Origin: Macrostomum lignano
Lineage: Eukaryota
Reading direction: 5' to 3'
DNA: 64,000 bases
Assembly (NCBI GenBank): GCA_002269645.1
Contig: NIVC01001316.1
Coordinates: 34,338 to 98,337 of the forward strand
The position numbers and the translations under genes are program-made. Numbering within the stretch: the first letter of the stretch is position 1; each line of letters opens with the position of its first letter. The notes under the pieces are model-generated. The model was not told the DNA's origin and made no database searches. It was given only the letters and a program-made list of their open reading frames with translations. Positions 34,050 through 43,759 of this stretch are shown one piece after another.

Positions 34050-34535
34050 CTGGTGGATGCTTGCTATTTGGGGATGCTATCTATCTTGGGGATGCTTGCT
34101 ATCTGGGGGATGCTTGCTATCTGGGGGATGCTTGCTATCTGGGTGATGCTTGCTATCTGGGGGATGCTTGCTATCTGGGGGATGCTTGCAATCTGGGGGA
34201 TGCTTGCTATCTTGGGGATGCTTGCTTTCTGGGGGATGCTTGCTATCTTGGGGATGCTTGCTATCTGCGGGATGCTTGCTATCTGGGGGATGCTTGCTAT
34301 CTGGGGGATGCTTGCTATCTGGGGGATGCTTGCTATCTGGGGGATGCTTGCTATCTGGGGGATGCTTGCTATCTGGGGGATGCTTGCTATCTGGGGGATG
34401 CTTGCTATCTGGGGATGCTTGCTATCTGGGGGATGCTTGCTATCTGGGGGATGCTTGCTATCTGGGGGATGCTTGCTATCTGGGGGATGCTTGCTATCTG
34501 GGGGATGCTTGCTATCTGGGGGATGCTTGCAGTCT
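34050..34535 (+). repeat. 18-bp minisatellite GGGGGATGCTTGCTATCT (~27 copies)
   Basis: Homogeneous tandem array; only ~3-4 copies in the sister unit at ~40555-40615. Confidence 0.95.
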
Positions 34536-37500
34536 TGGGATGATTTCTTTTTGCAATGCACTTCATTTGAGCAGTTTGTCTGTTGTCTTTTTGAAGGATT
34601 TTTGGCTGTCTTTTTGTTACTTGTAGAAAACAGAGATTATATCCAGATGTCCCCCATCGGGGGGCGAAGATTGCTAGTCTATCTTTCTTAAATATACTAA
34701 ATCTCTAAGGTTTGTATGCTTGAATGAATGTCCATAACGCTCTAGAGATCGCAATTCTTCACCGATTTTCATCGCGTTTTCGCCAAAAGATTTCTAATCA
34801 GCCTGGGATTGTATGGTTAAAATTTCTTGTATCTGCTTCAATGCTAAAGGGATTAAATATTCGAAAAACATGCTTTTTTTCAAAGGTCAAGCAGCTCTTT
34901 CGACTTGAAATGCATTGTAAGAATGCTAGATAAAAAACTGACTGGCTGAATTCTGATTCTGATAAAGATTGCATCACAACAAGTTTAAAACACTGTGCCA
35001 AGTTGAAAGACAGAAATTGCGTAACCATATTGCTAACTTTAATTGAGACTGATGCTGACTGCCTGAGTATTTGATTATGTCATAGCTGCTTCGTGTGACT
35101 TTCATTCGATAAGAATTTGTGTTAGTACGAGCGTATTCGTGTAACTCTTTAGAGATCGAACCGATTGACCAATTTTAATCGCGTTTTCGCCAAAAGATTT
35201 GTAATTATCTGGAAAGAAGACAGTTAAAATTTCTTTAATTGGCTTTAATACTAACGGTATTAAATATTCGAAAAACGAGTTTTCCCAATGTTTTCCCAAT
35301 GCAAGGTTGAATTCTTGACTGGCCGAATTCCAATTCCAATTATGATTGCGCCATAACTTTTCTCTCTCCACTGTGTAAGCTTCAATACTGGTTGCAGTGT
35401 GCAAGGAGAAAAAATGCTCAGTGGCTGCGTGTGCCCTGGCTCTGACTGGCGGACTCCATAGAAAATTGCTATTTATAGATTTCACTCAGTCAACTGTGCA
35501 TTGGCTCCGCCTGCACGCCTACACACTGAGCAGCCTATCACTGCTATGTATTTAACTGCAGTTCTGAAGCATATATGGCTGATTTTGTTGTCCTCCCATC
35601 AATAGGCGGAGTAGCCGCACTGTAGGCACTAGGACTAGGTTTAGGCTAGGCGTAAGGTCCAAGGTTCGAGTCTGCCTCCCCGGCGGATAATTAAAATTAA
35701 AACAATTTAATAATTTATAGCTTGTGCCTCGACTAATTGGAACATTTTTTGATTAATTTCAATTGAAACATTTTTCATTAATTCGCAATTCATTTTGCTA
35801 CGAGCTACTCGGCACAAGCCAGTAATCAAATCTGATTTGTTAAAACTGCTTCGAGTATAACTGATCCCATCAATGGGTATTGTCTAGCTCCATAGAAGTA
35901 CGAAATTACTAAACTGCAGACAATGCTGCTAAATTGCTTAAAGGTATTGCTAAATGCAGAGCTTTCCGAGACTGCCGATATGTATCGAAAATTGATTAGT
36001 GAGCCGTACAATTCTGAGCAAATTGCAGTTTTCTGAGGGGACTGAGATGCCGGCCAGAGAAGAACTGCAGACTGTGAATTAGTTCCTCCAGACTTAAATC
36101 TAATTTATAGATTTCACTTAACTGCGCATTGACGCTGCCTGCATGCAACCCGTGCACTGAGCAGCCTATCACTGCCGTGTATTTGACTAAAGTGCCAAAG
36201 CATATATGGCTGATTTTGTCGCCCTCCGATCAATAGTCGGAGTAGCCGCACTGTAGGCATTAGGACCAGGTTTAGAATAGGCGTAAGGTCCCAGGTTCGA
36301 GTCTACCTAGCAGCGGACAATAAAAATTGAACTAATTATTTCATTTAAGCTTGTGCTTTGACTAATTGGAACTATTATGCTTAATTAACAGGACACACTT
36401 GATGAACTATTTTTGCTATATGGCACAAGTCGCTAAGCAAATTTGATTTGTAAAAACTGCTTCGAGTACATGTATTACGAGCGTTAGCGAGTATTGCTAA
36501 ATGCTGAGTTTTGCAAGACTGCCGATATGTATCGAAAATTTATTAGTGAGCCGTAAAATTCTGAGCAAATTGCAGTTTGCAGAGGAAACTGAGGAGCCGG
36601 CCGAGAGGAGAACTGCAGGCTGCTGAGAGGATGAATGAAAATTGTTAATGGAACAGTTGAAGACTGCAAATGGAATGACTGCAGACTGCTGAGGGGAACT
36701 GCAGATTGTCGAAGGGATCATTGCGGATTGCAAAGGGGAAACAACTGCAAACTGTTGATGTTGTTCCTCAAGACTTATGAGCGTATAGCTGCAGACTGCT
36801 GAGAGGGAAAACTGCCCACTAATTGGAGGATAATGGCAGACTTCTGAGGATAACAAAAAACCATTGAGTTTTGAGTGAATATTAACTGTGGAAGATTAAG
36901 TACAAGTTGTTGAAGGGATTACTGTGGGCTGCTAAGTGAAATATTTTTTGCTAAGGGGACAATTCTATGCCACTGAGGGTATACATGCTTAATTTTAATA
37001 AAAGTTGTAGAATTCAAAGAGGATGATAAATGCCGGCTGGTAAGAAATGACTGCAGTCTTTTTTGCGGGATTAGATGAAGGGATAATTTCAAGTTTTGTG
37101 GGGATAAATGCCGATTTATGGGGGTTAGGTTCAAATATGGAGATAAGTGGCCATCTGCTCGCAGATTTTGCGGAAAGTGCTGGTGAATTATTGCTAAACT
37201 GCTGGTGAACCATTGCTAAAGTGATGGTGAAACACTGTAATTTTTTTAAAAAATTCTACTTTGAACAGAAGAACTCAAGGCAAGAAAAAGCGAAAAAAGA
37301 ATCACCATGTCAACCATAAAAGAAGCGGTCTGTCGAGCATAAAAGACTCAATGGGAATTGCTAAGATGTCAGGGCTGGTATGGGAAATTGATTTGATGTC
37401 AGGACTCATGGGAGAATTTCTATGATCCAAGGCTTAGGAGGCAATTGCTATAATGATGTAATTCTGGGGAGAATTGCTTTGATTTCAAGTTTCATTTGTG

Positions 37501-40500
37501 AAATTGCTGATTTATATTGGCTCATTGGAAAATTGCCTTGCTGTCAAAGCTCATGGGGATAATTACTGGAATGCTTTGGCTGTTGGGGAATGGTCGAGAT
37601 TGTTAGGGTAAGGTAAGGGTTAAACCATAAATGAAATTGGCCTGTCAAACATTAAAGACTTCATTGGGGAATGCCAAAGTTCATGGGGGGATATCTGGAT
37701 TATACTGTGGCTCAAGGCTAGGGAAAAATTGCTGTGATTGCAAGACTTGGGGATATTGCCTAAATTTTGTGGCTCAATTAAGAGTTTCTCAGATATTTCT
37801 GAGATATCAAGTCTCATTATGGAATCACTGAAATGTCAACGCTCATGGGGGATCCCTGTAATGCTGTAGACTGTGGCTCTTTGGGTATTGCTGAGATACT
37901 AAGGTTCAGATGAGACTGGCCGAGATGTCAAAGGCTCATAAGGGAATAGCTGAAATTCAATAATTGTCAAGGGTAATTGTTGAAATACTATGGTTTATGG
38001 TGGGACTTGCTGAAATGCTATGACTTGGCAGGGTTAGGGTTAGTTTTCAACCATGACTCATGTGGAATTGCTGAATTTCTTAAGCTGAGAGGGAGTGGCT
38101 GAAATGCTGTGACTCGACTGCAAGTTAGGGTTATGGTTTGGGTTTGGGTTCAATTATAGAACAATCGTCTTGTCAGACATAAATGATTCCTGGTGGAATT
38201 GCTAAGATTAAAGGCTCTTGGGGCGAATTACTTAAATGCTTTAGCTCTTCGGGGAATTGCTGACAGGTTAAAGCTTTCGGCGAAATATAGATTTCAAGGC
38301 TTATGAGGCTTATGATGAGATGTCAAGGCATACTGGGGGAATTGCTGAAACGCCAAGGCTTACTGGAGAAATCGCTGAGATGTTAAGGTTTACTGAGGAA
38401 ATTTCTGAGAAGCTGCCAAGGCTTACTGGGGAATCACTGAGATGTCAAGGCATACTGAGAAAATTTCTGAGATGTCAAGGCTTACTGGGGGAATTGCTGA
38501 GATGTTGAGCCTTACTGAGGAAATTTCTGAGATGACAAGGCTTACTGGGGGAATTGCTGAGATTTTGAGGCTTATTGAGGAAATCTTAAGATGCAAAGGC
38601 TTACTGGGCTTGCTGTCGACGCTTACTGACAAGGGAATTTCTGAGACGTTGCTTACTGGGGGAATGGCTGAGATGCCAAGGCTTACTGGTGGAATCGTTG
38701 AGATGTCAAGGCTTTCTGAGCTGGAAGAATTGCGCGGCTGTCAAGGCTCGAGTTTAATTGCTGCGATTTGGATGCTTACTGAGGGAATTTCTGAGATGTC
38801 AAGGCCTTCTATGGGAATTGTTGAGATATCAAGGCTCATGAGGGGGGGGGGTGGCGGAATTTTTGGGCGGAGGGGAGTTGGGTTGTTGGGATGTCAAGGC
38901 TTACTGGGCTGGGAGAATCGCGAAGATGTCAAGGCTGAAGTATAATTGCTGCAATTTCGAGGCTTATTGAGGAAATTGCTGAGAGTTCAAGGTTTCCTGA
39001 GGGAATTGCTGAGATATCAAAGCTCATGGAGGATGGCTGAATTGTTAAGGGGAGGGAGTTAGATTGTTGAGAGATTATCAGATCGTCAAGTAGTACGGCT
39101 CAGGTAGCTCATTTAATTTAGATATTGAAATAGTACGCACAAGTGATGCTGATTTCTGCTAATAGAAATACCAGTGTATTTAATAAAGGTTTGGTTCTTT
39201 GAGTTAGGCTAATAAAGAGGGGTCTAAGGCCGTAAGGGATTGGCATATTGAGCTCCTGCTGCGGACCAGAATATGCTCCGGCCAGTGACAATATGCACTA
39301 AGAGTTTGTGCTTAAAAGGATAAGCACTATTTGCTGATTGAGATAGGGTTTTGGGCTGATGAAAGTTTTGATTCATGGCAATTTGGTTTCATTTTTAAGG
39401 CCCCCCAGCGGGGGGCTAAATGGCTAGTCCAATATACTAAAAATCAAAACTATGTACCTATCTATATCCACCATATACTAAAAATGGTCTGTCAGTATGT
39501 GTGTGTGTGTGATCGATTTTAGCAAAAACGGCTCAACCGATTTTCTTCGAACTTGCACCATTCGATCAGAAATTTTTCCGTGACGAACATGCATCGTGGC
39601 TAAGAAATTGCTCGATGCTAAAGGGATTAAATATTCGAAAAACATGCTTTTTTGCAAAGGTCAAGAAGCTCTTTCGACTTGAAATGCATTGTAAGAATGC
39701 TAGAGAAAAAACTGACTCGTTAAATTCTGATTCTGAATTAGATTGCATCACAACAAGTTGAAAACAGTGTCGAAGAAATGCACACACGACTTGATTTAAA
39801 TTGCGTAACCAATATTGCTAACTTGAACTGAGACTGATACTGGCTGACTGAGAAATTGATTATGTCATAACTTTTTACTCTAATTGACTTGCTATAAGAA
39901 TTAAATTATAAGGGCAACAGTTCATGTTCTCCAATTGAAAAGAGATAGCCTAGATGCGAACAGACTGGACTGCTAATGTAGCGACCTAGGTTCGAATCTT
40001 AGTAGTGCAAAATAATTTTTTTATCAAAACACCCTAAAACACAAAAAGCTAAACATAAAGGAAGCGCAATGTCAAACATTAAAGAGCCAACCATCTAAAA
40101 CATTAAAGAGCCACCATGTCAAACATATGCATGACTCAATGTCAAACATATGCGTGACTCCATGTCAGACTTTAAAGAGCCACCATGTCGAACATTAAAG
40201 AGCCACCATTCGAACATAAAAGAGCCACCATGTAAAACATATACGTGACTCCATGTCAAACATATACGTGACTCCATGTCAAGCATAAAAGAGCCACCAT
40301 GTCGAACATAAAAGAACCACCATGTCAAACATAAAAGAGCCACTATGTCAAACAATAAACAGACACCATGTCAGACAATAAAAAAACCCCGAATCAAACA
40401 TAAAAGAGCCACCATGTAGAACATTAAAGAGCCACCATGTCAAACATAAAATTTACACAATTTCAAACGTAAAAGTAAGCGTCATGCCAATTTTAAAGGA

Positions 40501-40761
40501 GCCACTATAGAGCTAAGGAAATTGTAGCACTAGCTACTTATTGTATGGTGGATGCTTACTATTTGGGGATGCTTGCTATCTGGGGGATGCTTGCTATCTG
40601 GGGGATGCTTGCTGTCTTGGGATGATTTCTTTTTGCATTACACTTTATTCGAGCAGTTTGTCTGTCGTCTTTGTGAAGGCTTTATTTGGCTGTCTTTTTG
40701 TTACTTGCAGAGAACAGAGATTCTATCCAGATGTCCCCCAACGGGGGGCGAAGATTGCTAG

Positions 40762-41395
40762 TGTATTTTCTAAACCTGTTCAAGTCAATCCTGTTTTCAT
40801 GTAAAACTTTCAAAACACCGTTGTTCTTGAGAATGTCTATGTCCCTCTCTAAAGCGAAGGTAACCAGATCTCTATAATTCTTTAATTGCTTCTCGGATAT
40901 TTTTTCCTGATTTTTAGTCATGTAGTCGAGTAAACTTTGAGTGAAGGGGATTCGTTTAGTTTCTGCACCTTTATTGATTGAAATAGTTTCCTTCGTCACT
41001 TCAATGTTGTAATCCGCCGGTTCCCCGGTAATATTTTTTCGCCAGGCGCTAATTCCAAATATATATTTTCCATCAACCATTACGGGGCCAAAAAAGTTAT
41101 CCGTCACTTTCATCTGCACTGGTTGTCCTGGTTGCTGAGCCTGTGGTTGTCCCGGTGAAGATGGGATTTTACCCAATGTGTTTTGCAACTGGCTCTCTTG
41201 AATATCATCAATTGTTTCCTTCACAGTGTCGATGTTTTTCTTCGCTTCTGTGTATCCGGGTTTGTGAAATTCGGTGGCTGCTTGGACAAACTCATTGTAA
41301 GATTGTTGTTCTTTGTTGATTAGTCCGGTAACTCGTTTCTCTGCTTGCGCCAGCTTTTCTAGTTCAGAGATATGATATGAACTTTTCCGCTTCAT
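40762..41395 (-). pseudogene. 5' half of the Gln/Pro-rich (PZ-like) ORF of Polinton A
   Basis: MKRKSSYHISELEK...NRFRKY, in frame with 4914-5479 once the insertion is removed. Confidence 0.88.
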
Positions 41396-41425
41396 TTCTT
41401 ATTTTATTTTATTTTTAGTTAAAAA

Positions 41426-42320
41426 ATGAACGACCCACTGACACCAGTTTTCTACAAAATTAACAAGCCTATTTTGAGTGATGATAGCACAATCAAAGCG
41501 ACTCAGGTAAGAGTTCCCAGTTAGGAAAATCAGAATAAAACTAATCTTGGTCCTGGCCAAACACTGACATTTACATACAATGGATGTTCGTCTTTGGTTA
41601 GTGTGCACAGTCTTAAGAGCGGCTTCCATATGACATTTCAATTCAAGACAAAGGGTGGTGCGGATGCGGCTCGTGCTAACGTTGACAAGCATGATGCGGA
41701 TGTGGCTCTGATCAGTAACTTTTGGGCGTACATGTTCAAGGAGTTTAGTGTATCGAATGGGAGCACAGAGTTGGAGCGAATCGCCAACTTTGGAATTGTC
41801 TATGACGCTCATTGTTTGATCGAGAATCCTGATTTTATTCAGTTGGGAAGTTGTGCGGGTTTTATTGCAGATGAAAAAGAAGGAGACATCAATGACAGTG
41901 GCTATAAAAATAGGAAGAAGAGATACAACTATGCATTGCAAGGTGCTGATGATGTTGCTCAGAACCCGCAGTATCGGTCTGTTGATGTATTTGTACCATT
42001 GAGATTCATGAGTGGATTCTGTAATACATTTAATCGACTGACTAGTAACTTTAGCTACACATTTAGACTGACTAGAGATGATCGCAGTAGAGTGTTGTGG
42101 ACTGGGGCGGACCACACTAGGATGGAGGTGAAGCTAACCGGAATCGAGCTGTATTTGGAAGTCATTGAGCCAAAGACCGCACTAAAAGCGGATTATCTCA
42201 AGGCAATAGAGAAGGACATTGATGTTGCATACACGGCCTACATGTGTCGAGATGAGCGAAACGAAACTAGAACAAACATCTGCATTAAAGAGGGATCATG
42301 CAGCAATCCACGGTATATTA
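41426..42320 (+). pseudogene. Major capsid protein of Polinton A; TAG at 41522-41524; truncated by a Helitron at 42321
   Basis: Homologous to 21055-~21950 with many synonymous differences; breaks at ...NPRYI. Confidence 0.88.
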
Positions 42321-43759
42321 TCTCTCTCTTAATACTAAAACTGACGCGATGTTTGTCTGTCTGTATGTAGTAAGTGAACTCCTACAATTCTGCCAAGTCA
42401 GCGTTGAAACTTATATGGGAAAACTGCAAATTTTCCGGAGCAGGCTTTTCTCTCTCTCTTCTCTATCTCTCTATCTATCTCTTCTTCTCTATCTTCTCTT
42501 CTTAATACTAAAACTGGTGCGTTGTTTGTCTGTGTGTGTGTGTGTTTCTTAATACTAAAACTGGTGCGTTGTTTGTCTGTGTGTGTGTGTGTTTGTTGGA
42601 TAACTCCTCCTAGAATACTTGCAAGTCAGCGTTGAAACTTATGTGGGAAAACTGCAAATTTTCCGAGGATGGCTTTAGGCTGTTTTAATCTTTTATTTTT
42701 ACATTTTAAGATCCCTAAAAAAGCAGAAAACGGCAATTCTGACCTTTGATAATCTTAATTGTACCCTCTTTCTGCTCGGAGCTGAAAATTTGCATGAATT
42801 TTGAGTGATTACGCCACAACTTTTTCCTATGTCGCCAGTGCATTTACTCTCCAGTGGGGGGATGGGGCGTTCTAAGTGGCTGCATGCGTACAATTGGACC
42901 CTGGCTCACCGGCAATTGCTACGGATCGATATTAGTCAACTGCAATTTGGCTTAATTGATGAATTTCGTGGGGTGGTGGGTGTGAAGCGCAACGATATGG
43001 CTACTGGGTCGAGATTCAATTGGTTTTATTATCAGCGCCTTTCATTAGGAAACCCTGTGTTGAACTGTGAAATTCAATGAATAAACTTGCGAGCCTCTCA
43101 GTGGAAAAGGCAGTGAATGTACGCACAAAAATTCAATGCTTTAAACTGGGAAGTTTTAAACGCAAAGTGTTCCTCAACTTTTAAAATTTGAGAGGAGAGA
43201 CTTATATTGCTGGAAAGATCTTGCAACGCTGGTTTCAAAGATGTAAGTTGTTTGCTTTAAAAATGAAAACTTAAAGCACAGCATTCAGAAAACGATAACC
43301 ATGCTTTTAACTTTCTGCAAAGATTGTACTCATTTTTGCGATACGTAATAGATAAAGTTGAGGAGTTCAATTTCTTACTGCCGCTCTGCATTGGAGGGGG
43401 GTCGGTCGCTGTGTATTGGAGGGTTTATTAAGATTGCGTAACCTTATTTTTAACTTTCAGATAAAATTGGGGGATTGCGTTCGCACATTTAAGCCAGCTA
43501 TCATTTGGAGTAATTTCAGTATTTGAGGAGTCGGGGGGGGGTGGAGGCTCAAGTTATTTTTTTGACTAAAATCACGTACACTGGGCCTTTACTTACACTG
43601 AACTCTTACTTAATAGCGCGAAATTCCAATTCAGTTACATTTCCTTCGATATCAGAATAGAATTTGTCTAATATTCCGATTGAGCTATTTCCTTATTTTT
43701 TTGTCATTTGCTTTTTGCTTTTTTGCCCATTTGCTATTCCCTATTTGCTTACTATAATA

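Larger units (their letters stand above)
5480..40761 (+). mobile_element. Head-to-tail concatemer of non-autonomous Helitrons (family A), containing Polinton B and satellites
   Basis: Repeated TC...(A)TATACTAAA heads. Hairpin plus CTAG tails at 5892-5895, 6237-6240, 6578-6581, 26447-26450, 30296-30299, 34674-34677, 39424-39427 and 40758-40761, each followed directly by a new TC head except the last. No TSD. Confidence 0.85.
40762..42320 (+). mobile_element. Polinton A, continuation after the 35-kb insertion
   Basis: 5472-5479 AAAGTATT joined to 40762 TGTATTTTC recreates the uninterrupted sequence at 20383-20399. Confidence 0.92.

Noticed and set aside
34046-34691. Repeat proteins (GDACYL, GMLAIW, QIASIP ORFs)
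   Set aside because: All frames of an 18-bp minisatellite are open; copy number collapses to ~3-4 in the sister unit.
43664-43759. Hydrophobic N-terminal extension (signal peptide) on RepHel
   Set aside because: The track start is a non-ATG codon in T-rich upstream DNA; the first ATG is at 43760.
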